In this document: positions 1 through 12,999 of the stretch, piece by piece
Numbering within the stretch: position 1 is the first letter of the stretch
Layout: the number at the start of each line of letters is the position of its first letter
Assembly (NCBI GenBank): GCA_951406725.2
Contig: OX597816.1
Span: forward strand, 114,390,001-114,454,000
Direction: 5' to 3'
From: Octopus vulgaris
Taxonomy: Eukaryota
DNA: 64,000 nt
Notes under the pieces: model-generated
What the model was told of the DNA's origin: nothing
The model's database searches: none
What the model saw: only the letters and a program-made list of their open reading frames with translations
Position numbers and translations under genes: made by a program

Positions 1-1670
1 TCAGTGAGAAAACAGACAAACTGATGCTTTTGAACACAGTGCCAAATAGTTTGCTTGAGTTGTACAGACACCCCATGGCACTCTTGCCATAGTAAATAAA
101 GTGAACTAGTTATTGGAAACATGTAACCAACAATGCAGATCATCATAAAAAGTGATTTTAAAAAAATCAATAACAAAAATAACCACTTGTTACTATCTTA
201 AAAGGACTTTGGCACAATGCACAATGTAGCCCTGGATATATAAAAGATGAGATTGTTATGGTTAAAACACCTTTGATTATAGATCTGCTTAATGAGGACA
301 ATAACAAACAATAACAACATAACAGTTATGATACATCTGTTAATTTTTTTTTTATAGTTGTGTGTTGAATTTGGCATTACAAACTGGGTATGTTCTCAAA
401 GAACAGAAGGGCACGAGCAGAGAAGGTATGAATGTTATTATTGCAGTAAGAGAGCTTGGAAAGTTGAGAATTTCAGTAGTGTAAAAGTACATGAGGCAGC
501 AGAAGAAGAGTTACAGAATGACTTTACATAACTCTTAATTAAAACTAAGGTTTACAGAATCCATGGAAAACTTAGGAAATAAAGCTTTCAATGTTCTTGA
601 AATTTATGTTTCTTGGGCAACAAATAATTGGAAAACATTTAATATTCTAAAATCAAAGTCTCAGTTTTTTTGTACTTTGAATAACAAATATTCAGCTGTT
701 AAAAAAATTTGAGTCACAAAAATTAAAAGAAAAATAGTAAAAAATTATTTTAAATAAATAGGTTGGTTTAGAAATGAACTGAAATATTAAGCAAGGAATT
801 CTTGATAAATTATGAATAACATTTGCTATCAATGCTGTAGTGACAATGCTGAGTTGAGATTATTTTTGCAGGCATCAAACAATGCCTTCAGCTAAAATGT
901 TGCTAAAACAACTGTGAAAGATTTCAAATATTCTTTGGAATAATTTTGAGACACAAGAAGTTGATATTTAACTTGCATCATTAAATACACCATGGCATAC
1001 AGAATTATATATACCATAAAAAAGAAAAAAGTTCACAACACATTTATCATTGCTTGTACAGATATTAGATTTACTTATCAACTGATTGAAACGCTTAAGG
1101 AAAGAGAGAGAGAAAAGGAGGGAGGGAAAGAGACAGAATTAAAGGTGGAAGGTGGAGGGAGAGGAAACAAATATATTAATGGAATTACTAATTGAGAAAG
1201 AACTTATTTTAATTATTCAGTTATTTAATTTCTTTATATTTTTCCTTTCTCCGTTATAAAAAAAAAAATAATAATAAATAAAAATAAATAAAGATGTTAA
1301 GCTCCAATAGCAACTGGGAACCAGAGTCAATTTGTTTTCCTTGAAGACAGCAAACAAGTTTACTCAAAGCAAGATCCCTAATGAATAGGTTTCCAGTGAC
1401 AGGAAATAACTAATGATTAATTTTGCTATGTCACGACAAACTTCAGTGACTGTGCCTATTGCTCAGAAGGTGAAGTGCATTCATTGTTATAGGAAAGCAC
1501 TCACTCGAACTAATAACTACTGACAGGGAGACATTTGTTGTCATACAGGGGTTCACTGATTAACTATCTCTATAAATGAATTCCAATTGAAAATGAACAG
1601 ACAAATGTTCAGAAACTTGGTCAATCATCTAGGATGTAATGATACTGAAAATTATTCTCATTTCTTTTAG

Positions 1671-1818
1671 AATATCGTTGAAGAAAAGGGAGGATATATG
1701 GAATACAATGCCATTTTCAAAGACTGCCATAGTAGTTTATTGTAGAATAAGTCTTAAAAGATTCAGGAAACTGACTGATTTAGAAGAGTTGCCCTTCCAA
1801 AACAGATCAAGACTAAAA
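1671..1818 (+). other. Candidate exon (lncRNA/UTR or unknown gene)
   Basis: Polypyrimidine acceptor attctcatttcttttag ending at 1670 and a weak donor AAA|gtaact at 1819; non-repetitive interior; no recognisable protein. Confidence 0.2.
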
Positions 1819-2001
1819 GTAACTATTTTGTGCAAAACTAAATAAAGCTTAAATTAGAATTTTAATTCACTAAAATATAAAAAAAAGCTGATTTGATTGT
1901 TAAAATAAACCTTCTATTTTCCTAAATTGTGTTTACAAAATACTCAGCTTTTCTAAAAGTAAATTAGATTAGCGATTATAATGATGATAATGATGATGAT
2001 G

Positions 2002-2053
<52 letters not shown>

Positions 2054-2063
2054 TGATGATAAT

Positions 2064-2255
2064 AATTCTTTCTTCTATAGGCACAAGGCCTGAATTTTAG
2101 TGGGAAGGGGCAAGTCAATTACATTGAACCCAGTATTTGACTGGTGTTTGTTTCATCAACCCTGAAAGGATGAAAAGCAGAGTCAACTTCAGTGGAATCT
2201 GGACTCAGAAAAATCCATTTTGTCTGGTGTTCTAACTATTCTGCCAGCTTACCTT
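2064..2255 (-). mobile_element. SINE family B copy (gagctggcagaa...ttctgagttcaaatt...gtaccag...ggccttgtgcctatag type) with (TTA)n tail
   Basis: Reverse complement matches the + strand copies at 7157-7372 and 41948-42550; adjoins the (AAT)n tract at 1979-2063. Confidence 0.75.
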
Positions 2256-2258
2256 TTT

Positions 2259-2712
2259 GCCAGCGCTGCCTCAACTGGCTCCAGTGCCGGTGGCACATAA
2301 AAAGCACCATCCAAACATGGCCGATGCCAGCGCCACCTTGGCTGGTTCCCGTGCCGGTGGCACGTTAAAAGCACCAAAGCACCATCCGAATGTGGCCGAT
2401 GCCAGCGCTGCCCTGGCTGGCTCCCATGCCGGTGGCACGTTAAAAGCACCAACCGATTGTGACTGATGCCGGACCCCCTTGGCACCTGTGCAGGTGGCAC
2501 GTAAAAAGCACCCACTACATTCACGGAGTGGCTGGCGTTAGGAAGGGCATCCAGCTGTAGAAACTCTACCAGATCAAACTGGAGCCTGGTGCAGCCCGTC
2601 TTCCCAGACCCCGGTCGAATCATCCAACCCATGCTAGCACGGAAAACGGACGTTAAACGATGATGATTATCATTATTATTATGGTGATGATGATGATGAT
2701 GACGATGATGGT
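2259..2712 (+). mobile_element. 5'-truncated RTE LINE 3' UTR (or RTE-dependent SINE) with (GAT)n tail
   Basis: Highly similar to 35590-35830, which lies directly downstream of the RTE ORF (gtggcacgtaaaaagcacccactaca...ggcgttaggaagggcatccagctgtagaaac...ggacgttaaacgatgatg); 3-4 internal ~65-70 bp subrepeats. Confidence 0.8.
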
Positions 2713-2900
2713 TTCAAATTTTGGCATAAGGCCAAAATAATAGTAATAATATTAATAATGGTTTCTAATTTGGACACAAAATTAGCATTTTTTGTAAAGC
2801 GGGAGTTTGTCAACACCATCAACCCTAGCAATTAACTGGTACTTTAATGTATCAGCTCTGGAGGAATGAAAACCCAAACTCACCTCAGCAGAATTTGAAC
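2710..2900 (-). mobile_element. Degenerate SINE family B fragments
   Basis: ggtttcaaattttggcataaggcc and ctggtact...ctcagcagaatttgaact motifs shared with other copies. Confidence 0.6.
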
Positions 2901-3789
2901 TATCCAACTAATGATTCTGATAATCCATGACCCTTACAATAATGATGATTATAACAATGGCAGCAGTAATAATATCAAATAAGTACAAAATCTGGGATTT
3001 TTAGAGAAAAGGCAATGAGAGGTTGTGACAAACATTTTTTTCTTTTTTCGTGTGTGCCTTTTCTAAAGATATTAACTGAAATAGAATTGAAACTGATTCA
3101 TGGACTTGATTCAGCAGTTTGTTACTACCCGATTGATTTGCCACTTACAATAGCCATGATGTATATTTTTGCCCCAAAAATAGTACACACAGCTTAGCAG
3201 AAGTTAAATATGCCTAAAACACTGGATATCTTTTATCATTGTTAGTATTTTCCCCAAAAACATGAAAATCTATTTTCTCTTTCAGTTCCTAACAACTTAC
3301 AAAATATAAATAATTCTGACATTATTCTCTAAAAAAAACTAAATAGTCTTTGCAATTTCTTCTCGATATTTCATCTATTTCCAATTTCTTTTAATTATAA
3401 AATATAGCAAACACAACTTAAAGGGAATAATGGAGAGAGTTCTAATTAATATTTCATGAACTATGATAAGTCACAAAAACACAAAAATCTATCTATCTAT
3501 CTATCTATCTATCTACCTATCTCTCTGTATATATACATACATATACATATATATGTATATAGTAATATATATATATACATACTTTTATATATATACATAC
3601 TTTTATATATATACTTTTATATATATACTTTCAAAATTAATCTTTCCTTGTGCTATATCCTTTTCTTTTCTTAACTTTATTTAAAAAAAAATTTTTGGCT
3701 GTATCAACAGATTTTATTAATGAAAGCTATGATTCCATTTGCTTAATCTCAATATATTAATATAAAAAATAATGTTCTACTGATTTCAG

Positions 3790-3948
3790 ATAGTAATCCA
3801 TTATTTAAGAAACTGAGGAATTCAACAGAAAATGTTCCAACACAACCAGTATGTGTTCTCAATCGATTTAGAAAGAAACATACTCCATGAAAACATGACT
3901 TTAGCAAATATACTATGACAAATGTGTGGGACAGATCATATGAAAGAG
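3790..3948 (+). other. Candidate 159-nt exon; possible first coding exon (ATG at 3915, MTNVWDRSYER)
   Basis: Acceptor ttctactgatttcag| and consensus donor GAG|gtgagt; length divisible by 3; the phase-1 frame has a single stop (TGA 3888-3890). Confidence 0.4.
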
Positions 3949-4699
3949 GTGAGTAAATAAATCATTAGTAGATGAAAATTCTGCCCACGATAATAAAATC
4001 TGATGACAAAGTAAGATATTTGATAAACTAGACTGAAATAGATATTTTTTAAATGTCATGTTCACAGTAGGGTGTATATGTTGACATGTCAAAATTTAAT
4101 TTCTGTGTAGATAATATCTAAAATCGTATTAAAGAAATTCAAATTCTATATTTTATATCATTGATTTATTCATAGATACACAAACATGCATGTGCAAAAA
4201 TTATAGAAAATTCCTAACCATTAATTTAGAATATTAATTCAAAACTTATTATTACTAACCTCAGAATAAATACAAGTCAACTTACTAAATAGTTATTTGT
4301 ACATGTTATGATCATAGCTAATGTAATGACAAATGTTACTAAATCTTAACCTGGATAAAGAGATTTAATTCTGATTTTTGCAAATGATTTTACAACACAT
4401 AGAGACACACACACACACATGTTCTCTCCCTGTTTATTTACCTTGCTATATCTCAGTAAATTTTTCATGGAAAGATGAGAAATTTTCATTAAAAATATTA
4501 TGGAATCTTTCGAAATTTCAAAGCGAATTATCATATTTTATAAGACACAAAATTGCAGAAGCAAATAAAAACAATTACACCAGATAGAATTTTAGAATGG
4601 ATACAGTACCTCCTAATTGCTAAGTAATTAATGAGAAATAATACCTTAACTGAGATTAAGAGTTGGTAAAATGTACTAAGGCAATGTTTATGTGCTTCT

Positions 4700-5270
4700 T
4701 CTGTCTTTTACTTGCTTCAGTCATTAGACTGCAGCCATACCAAAGCACCACTTTAAAGAATTTTAGTCAAATGAGTTGATCCCAATACTTATTCTTTTTT
4801 AAAGCCTAGTTACTTATTCTATCAGTCTCTTTTGCTGAACCACTAAGTTACATGGACATAAACATGTCAATACTGGTTGTCAAGTAGTGGTGGTAGTGGT
4901 GGTAGTAGAGTAGAGTCAAACACAAAGACACAAAGACACACACACATACATGACAGTCTTCTTTCAGTTTCCGTCAACCAAATCTACTCACAAGGCTTTG
5001 GTCAGTTTGGGGATATCGTAGAGGGGGCTTCTCCAAGTACAGGGGATATTAACACACTGACACCAGCTGTCAAGCAACAGGTGGGGGACAAACACATGCA
5101 GATGAATACACACACATAGATATATATACATATATATGATGGGCTTATTTCAGTTTCTGTCTACTAAATCCACTCCTGAGGCTTTGGTTAGCCCGAGGCT
5201 ATAGTAGAAGAAATTTGCCCAAGGTGCTACACAAGTGCTTCTTTCCACACAACCATGCTTGTGCCTATTC
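4700..5270 (-). mobile_element. tRNA-derived SINE family A, two rearranged degenerate pieces
   Basis: ttttacttgcttcagtcattagactgcagccat and tttcagtttccgtcaaccaaatctactcacaaggctttgg match the full copy at 59765-60180. Confidence 0.75.
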
Positions 5271-5309
5271 AGGAATTTAACAGTTATGTATTTAGTTACA
5301 AAATAAACA

Positions 5310-5515
5310 GATTGTTATGTCTCAGGTTAACCCCGATTAAGAAGAATGTGATTAAAGGCATTCCAGCTTAGACCATCTTGCTTTTTTGTAGACTGAGAAA
5401 AACTTTACCAGTATCTCATTCCTATTTCAAAACGGTAGGCTGTAATTTGCAGAAATTTGGTAAATGTTTCTAGCAAGCCAAACAATTGTATAGAAGTTCC
5501 CTGATTAGTTCTTCA
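5310..5515 (+). repeat. Old dispersed repeat family D (aaaggcattccagc...gaccatc...gatttggctgctatttctagc)
   Basis: Related degenerate copies at about 10090-10695, 20853-21050 and 215-340 (-). Confidence 0.45.
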
Positions 5516-6076
5516 GTTAGGTAGGGCTGATTTTATAGTTCCAACCGAATGGGGCATAGCTCTGCATGATATTTTTCTTAACAACGTCAATACTTGTCCA
5601 TAAAAAACACATGCAGACTGTTACAAATTAATACAAGACTGAAAGCAGTTTGTAAAACATGCTAAAATTATGAGAGAAATGGTTTTTTTATGAGTGGCTT
5701 TTAGTTAGGTCATAGCTGTGAGGTTTAGTGATAACATTTAGAACATATTAAAAAAAAAAACCTTTTACAGACAAAAACAGTTTTTTTCTATTTTTTGATG
5801 GGTAAGAGTGGGTAAAATATAGCTTTATAATCATTTGAAAACATGAAAATATAAATATTTATAAACTGAGTTAAACACTTAATTTTCAACATCAATAGAA
5901 TAAGAAATTTTCTTTTTCTCTTTGCAAGGTCAAGTTTTGTACAAAAACCATATGATAAGCTGAATTACTACAACTATTTGTAATACACCAGAAGAATGAA
6001 AGACATGACTGACCTTGGGAAAATTTAAACTTAAGATTTACAATGCATTTCTGCCAACAGAATACACAAATAATAT

Positions 6077-6109
<33 letters not shown>

Positions 6110-6111
<2 letters not shown>

Positions 6112-6249
6112 TTTGTCTGTCATCTTGTTCTGAGTTCAAATGCTGCTGGCATTTCATCCTCTACAGGTTGATAAATTAAGCACCAGGGTTGATGTAATAG
6201 ACTGGTCCCTTCCTCCAAAATTTCAGGCCTTGTGCCTATATTTGAAAGG

Positions 6250-6285
<36 letters not shown>

Positions 6286-7590
6286 GTTATTATCATTATT
6301 ACTACGGCAATGTGATGGCAGAATCATTAGCAAGCTGGACAATAAATGCTTAGCAGCATTTTGTCTGTCTTTACATCCTGAGTTCAAATGCTGCTGAGTT
6401 TGACTTTGCTTTTCATCCTTTTGGGGTCAATAAATTAAGTACCAGTGAAACACTGGGATCGATGTAATCAGCCCATTCCCTCCCCCAAAATTGCTGCCCT
6501 TGTGGCAAAATTTGAAACCATTATTATCATTATTACTGCCAAGGTTGATTTTGCCTTTCATTCTTTCACAGTGAAGTACCAGTGAAACACTGGGGTCAAT
6601 GTAATTGACTTCTCCCCATTCTGCTAACTTGCTGCCATGTGCCTTAGTAGAAAGGATTATTATTATTACCATTATTAACAAGGTAAGCTGGTAGAATCAT
6701 TAATATGCCAGACAGGTACTTAGTGGCACTTTGCCTGTCTTTGTGCCTATAATAGAAAAGACTATTATTTTTATTATTATTTAAGGTGGTGAGCTGGCAG
6801 AATTGTTAGCACACCAGGCAAAATATTTAACAGACTTTCATCCTTCTTTACATTCTGAGTTCAAATTCTGCCAATGCTAATTTCGCTTTTTGATGAAATA
6901 AGTATCAGTTGAGCTCTGAGGTTGATGTAATTGATTTATACCCTCACCTAAGTTGTTGGCCTTGCGCCAAAATTTGAAATCATTCTTATTATTATTTCTT
7001 TTTAATACACAGATTTGAGAAAATTTGGACATTGGACTATAGCAAGTAGCCTTAGATGCCAAAAACCTTTCTAAGTATCCTAGCCGTCCCTAACAATACT
7101 GTTTTATACTAATTTTCACTATTTATCAGAGATACATATTACACTCATCATTATTTTAAGGTGGCGAGCTGGCAGACCCATTAGCATGCTGGATGAAATG
7201 CTTAGCAGTATTTCGTGTGTCACTATGTTCTGAGTTCAAATTCTACCGAGGTTGACTTTGCCTTTCTTCCTTTTGGGGTCAATAAAGTACCAGTTACACA
7301 CTGGGGGTCAATGTAATCGACTATCTCCCTCCACCAAATTTCAGACCTTGTGCCTGTAGTAGAAAGGATTATTTATTTCACACTTGGTAAAACAGCAGAC
7401 AATAGAAAAAAAAAAAAAAAAAAAAAAAAAAGGACAAAGTGCGTGCTCTCATCACTCACATTCTGAATTAAAATCACAACCAAGGTCAAACCTGCCTTCT
7501 GGGTCAATAAAATTTTAAGTATGGGAGTCAGTTTTATCAACTGTTCCTTCCCTTAAAATGTGAGGCCATGTGCTCATGTTAGAAACTACC
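6110..7590 (+). mobile_element. Cluster of about 6-7 SINE family B copies/fragments separated by (TTA)n
   Basis: Repeated ttctgagttcaaat...tttcatcct...taagtaccag...gatgtaatc...ggccttgtgcc units; best copy 7157-7372. Confidence 0.8.
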
Positions 7591-7904
7591 ATTACTATAA
7601 TTACAAATAATTGTGATGAAGTATCAGTGAAATCAAGCTATCTGAAAACACTTATGTTACACTCCTGGCATTAATATCTAATTATTCTCTCGTCTTTCAT
7701 TTAACTGTAGTTAGATATCATATGGAATAAACAGTTTTATTTTAATATATTGCAAGAAAGAGATGTCAAACAGGCTAAACTGACCAAAATATTATAGTAT
7801 TATGAGAAATGAAATAAAATAAAATAAAATAAAAGGTAACATTCTTTATATATGGAAGCCAGTATGCTGCAGGATAAGCAGATAAATTTTCTTGAGTATG
7901 CCTG

Positions 7905-7942
<38 letters not shown>

Positions 7943-8226
7943 TGTATGTATATAAACTTGGACAGATAGATGTGTAAACACACACACTCATGTACAAATG
8001 TAAATTCATATTTATATGGGATAAAATAATGAGGAAGAAAACCTTCTATTTCAACTCTTTGGGAATCTTCAAAGATACATCACCTAAGGATAGAAAACTG
8101 TAACCAAGGTAACAGTTTAAAACTTGTATTTGAGGAAGATAAAATCCTATGTCTAAAACTTACATCTTCTGTTTTTCTCCCATCCCTCACTCAATCATTT
8201 TCTCTCTCTCTCTCACAGCCATTATG

Positions 8227-8294
<68 letters not shown>

Positions 8295-8905
8295 CACATA
8301 CACATGCACACACACACACAAATTATTGTAAGGTACAATTATTCACAAAAATATGAAAAACAATAAAATTTAGGAAAAAACAATTCACTTATCTCATACA
8401 CACTAAAGTACATATATCATCTGCACACACTGAAAGAGGTCCCCAAGAAACACTTTCATATACATGCGTTTGCTTACACATGTGTGCACATATATATACA
8501 TACAAACACAGGGGAACGAAACTTTATAATGAAATAAAAAGAAGGCAAAGAAGAAAGGGAAAAAGACAATAAGGAGAAAAGAAGTAGAGACAATTACAAG
8601 CTCACACAAGAAATCACACCCACTGACATTATTAAATACACAGGAGGTCTAAGGGTTTTGATAGAGATGGAGGGGTGCAGCTAGACAGGGGATGAGGAAA
8701 ACCTACCTCCCCTCCATGCTCAGTTTGGCATGAAAGATAGGAATTATTCACCCACCTCAAGGAATAAGCTTGCAGGAGGCGGTATATGTTAAATAAGAAC
8801 AAGAGGAGGAACTTAGGTTCCTTTTATAGGAGTGAAACCTTTGCTTATGCATGAATAGAAACTTTATCCCTGAGGTTAACTCATCTCTGCCAGTGTGTGT
8901 GCATG

Positions 8906-8951
<46 letters not shown>

Positions 8952-9829
8952 GCAGAGCCTCAATACAATGCACAATAGTGGACCCTATTATTGTTAGACC
9001 ACTGGTTTCTGCATAAATGTTTAGCAAGCTGCTATATTAGGCATTGAAAAGTCTTAGGGAAAAATTGTCAAAAATAAAGTAAAGAAACAATGTGTTAAAG
9101 AATATTAGTCAATGTTTTGTATTTAGACCATGTTGTTCTTGGTATTCTAATATTTCTTATTCTAATTATTTGCAGAGCTTAATTATGAAAAAAAAAAAAA
9201 TTTAAAAGGGCTACACCACTAAGAAAATGAATTATGATGCAACTGTAATGTAATTAAGAAAACAAGTTGATATAACCTCAATATTTCTAAGAAAACAAAT
9301 TATGAACTAACCTTAATATCACAAAAATGATGACAACGACTATGACAATAACAACAACAATAACAATAATGATAATATATCGAAAGTAAGAAATTAAAAT
9401 TGATGATTCCCACCAACAGAATGACAATATTTCATAAAACTTAAGTCTCCACATTGATAAAATATAAATCTTGTACAATATCCATTTTGATTTAGAAATA
9501 GATGATGATTAATCTTGTGCTTGTAGCTCACTTTACGAAACATAGAAAAGAAGAAAAAAAAAATGAAAAATATGACTATATTAGACTCATCTGATTTCTC
9601 ATTCCACCAAATTCAGAAAGTTTTTTTTTTTAGCGTATTTTTTTTTTTTTTTACATGTTATCAGGCCTAGAAATAACCTCTTGGAACAACTTCAAACAAA
9701 AAACTATAACAAGAGACTATTGATGGGTAGCCCCCACATCTTTATAAACTTAAACTTCACTGTCACTCACAAGTGAGTATCACCTAGTAGCTTGTACCAC
9801 ACTTTCACTAATTGTATTCAGTGCTTATG

Positions 9830-10085
9830 TAGTCACAAACGGACACAGACTCCCACCTGGTATTCCCAACTGTGATGAAGTGGAACATCAAAGATGTGAC
9901 AGCTAAAAGGAGAGAGGGCTGCATCAGCACCAGGCTAGTACTCATTTACAGCTGAGAAAGCTGGAATAGCATGAGTGATGTGCCTCATTTAAGGACACAA
10001 TATGCTATCCAGTCCAGGGGCTGAACCCACAACCTTATGATTGTGAGTCCAACAGTCCTTCACAGGCTACATACCTTCACAGGCC
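9830..10085 (-). mobile_element. Degenerate tRNA-derived SINE family C
   Basis: Reverse complement has a B-box-like gggttcagcccc followed by ttgtgtcctt...cagctgtaaatgagta, as in 47925-48182. Confidence 0.55.
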
Positions 10086-11919
10086 AAATAGCCACAAAGG
10101 AGGCACGTTAAACAAAGACATTCCAGTTATAACTAACCCATATTTTTGTATGATTATGGGTTTCTATAACTGCATTATCTTAGTAAACCACTTAAACTAA
10201 CAAGGTCAATCAGCAGATGTCTAGTTTTTAACAATATCTTTTGCTTAGGATTGTATTTGTTTCCTCCTACGTAAGCCAAGGTCAAGAAGATCTATCTTCA
10301 AAGGACTACATGGGACTATTTAATATTCATAGATCATGTTAGACAACACATTTCTACCTTTTTGAAGATAGGTGAGTGATATTTGACAGAGATTTTGCAG
10401 CTCTATCTATAAGCAACCACATAGATTCTATGTGAAGCAACTAAATAAGAGACCCTTTGTTGGTTCATCTCCTTAGGGTTATTGTTGTTGCACAGTCTCA
10501 AGTTAGCTCTGACTGAGGAGACATATGATCAAAAGCATGACCATCCCATATTTTTGTTTGATTTTTGTGGTATCTATAAATGCATTAACTAACATAACAT
10601 TCTCTTCTCCTAAGACACTAAGTGATATTTTAGAACGATTTGACTGTTATTTCTACCTGGTTTATTGACTGTGCAGAAGCTTCCTTATTTGCTAAATCAG
10701 TAGCAAGGTTCCCTCCTTTGGTGGCTGAATGTTTCGATATAAGATACACATTGCATGTTGTAGCCAATACGGCACATGAGAAGATTGTTTTGTGGTAGAC
10801 TCACATACTCCCTAAATGTAAGCATGTGTGTTTGTGTGTGTATGTGTGTGTGTATAAGCAAGCACTAACAGAATGATACACATGTTCATAAGTGGGATTA
10901 ATAGGTCTTTGACAGTTATTCAGGCTGAGTAAACTGAGACCGAGATTAAGGTAGATGCTCACCAACAAACCGAAGCAAAGCATCAAACTTTACTTTGTGA
11001 TATGCAGCTTCCTGTTTTCACTACTTCTACATCATATTTTAACATGTTCATTGATAGTTATTTATCTTCATATCTTGAAAGTTTTTATTTTCTAACCATT
11101 TTTGTCATTAATCTCACTCCTCAAAATCCTTTTTCTTTTGCTCTCACCATTTTGTATTCTTGTATTTGGTTATTATTTTTCTGTCTCAATTACATTCTCA
11201 CCTCAGCATAAAAAAAAAAAAACAAAAAAACTGTTGGCTTAGATTTGTTATTAGTACTTCCTAACTCTCTAGATCTGTGCTTCTCAAAATTTTTTTTAAT
11301 ATTGCTCCTTTTAACTAACCCTTTTTTCAGCATTCCCTTGTTATAATTCCACAAAATTAAACATGCCACAAAAATACAGCTGTCAACAGGTTGATCATTA
11401 AAAATAACTTGCATACAAGACAGTTCATCATTATGAAATGTTCAAACAATATTTTGACCAATAATACTACTGGATTTTTGAAAATAAGTGTAACTAAAAG
11501 ATGCATCTATCACTTCCTGCTACAGCATCCTTTGTCCCAGAATCCATAAAAAAAGTTCCACTACCTACCCCAAGGGGTGGTACTACCCATTTTGATAAGT
11601 ACTGCTTTAGATACTCCTAGCATGCATTCCACCATCACACCAACTTCCAATGATATTGAATTTGATAAACTGCATATAATTTAGTCATAAGCAGAAACTG
11701 AATGAGAAAAATCAAATCCTCTGTGCACTCTAAATATTTACAGAGTTTCCAAAGTCTAAAAGTTTAGGTCACAGAAACATAAATATAAAACACAAGTTAG
11801 GCTTGAAAATTGATTATTTTGTTCTATAAATGTTGGTTTTTTTGGAAAATATAAAAAAAGTAAAAATCAAAAATAATTTTTTTTAAAACAGCCTCCTTCT
11901 TCAATACTGCTCCACCCAC

Positions 11920-12170
11920 CTCAGTTGAGGGGTCTTGTTTTGTAAGTTATTTATTTAGTGACTACATCGTTGCTGGTGCCTCATAAAAAATACCTAGTAG
12001 ACTTTGTAAAGTGGTTGGCATTTGGAAGGGGATCAAACTGTAGAAACCATGCCAAAGCAGACAGAGAGTTTGGTACAGTCTTCTGAGCTGCCGGTTCCTA
12101 TCAGACCATCCATGCCAGCATGGAAAACAGATGTCAAATGATACTGATGATGATGATGATGATAATGATG
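11920..12170 (+). mobile_element. Degenerate RTE 3' UTR copy with (GAT)n tail
   Basis: gtggttggcatttggaagggg...ctgtagaaaccatgcc...ccatgccagcatggaaaacagatgtcaaatgatactgatgatg. Confidence 0.65.
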
Positions 12171-12688
12171 AGATATTGCTATAACGTTTATTATATTTTT
12201 AAAAACTCAAACACATACAGACTAATCATTTACTCTTTCTCCCTCCCCACCCTGCTTCTCTCTTGGTGTATCTGTGCGTGTGGTGCGTGAATCTGTGAGG
12301 GTGCATGGTGCCAAGTGCTAGGGTGAAGACGGCCAAGAGACTGTAAATGCTCATGACTACATAGGCACCTACAACATACAGCAAAGGCATAGTGCATGTG
12401 TATTACCAAGTGGTTCTCACTTGTTCGTAATAGTTGGTTGTGCTGTACTTCACATACACACATACACATCTGAAGCAACTCTTGGTATTTAAGCTAGATC
12501 AGGAAATTTTAGAAAATCAAAACCCTATAACTAAATAAGGGTACATATAACATATATGTACCTTCTTTCAAGCAGTTGCTCAAATAAATGAAATATTCAT
12601 ATTAAAATGAGATCATTTTCATTTACTTTGGTATGTTAAGAATACACTGCATGACTTGCATTCATAGAAAAAATGAAACTGCTAGCTA

Positions 12689-12797
12689 ACATACATACAT
12701 ACATACATACATACATACATACACATACACACATACATACATACATACATACATACATACATACATACATACATACATACATACATACATACACATA
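12689..12797. repeat. (TACA)n microsatellite
   Basis: Direct reading; similar tracts at 21437-21481 and 28793-28860. Confidence 0.9.
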
Positions 12798-12999
12798 TTT
12801 CAAAAGAAAGAAGAAAAGGATGGAAGAAATGAGTGGGCAAGAGGAAGGAATTAAAGATGAAACTCTCCCTTGTCTCCAAAAATGCTATTTGAGCAAATTA
12901 TAAAAAAAAACAAAAAAAAAAAACAAAGCACAATGAAAGATAAAACCAATGCAAAATAAGATATCCATTAAAACTAAATATAGATCTTCCTCACTCTAA

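Noticed and set aside
2249-2632. 127-aa ORF with repeated GAFYVPPA, also at 35633 and 38487
   Set aside because: Antisense reading of the RTE 3' UTR repeat.
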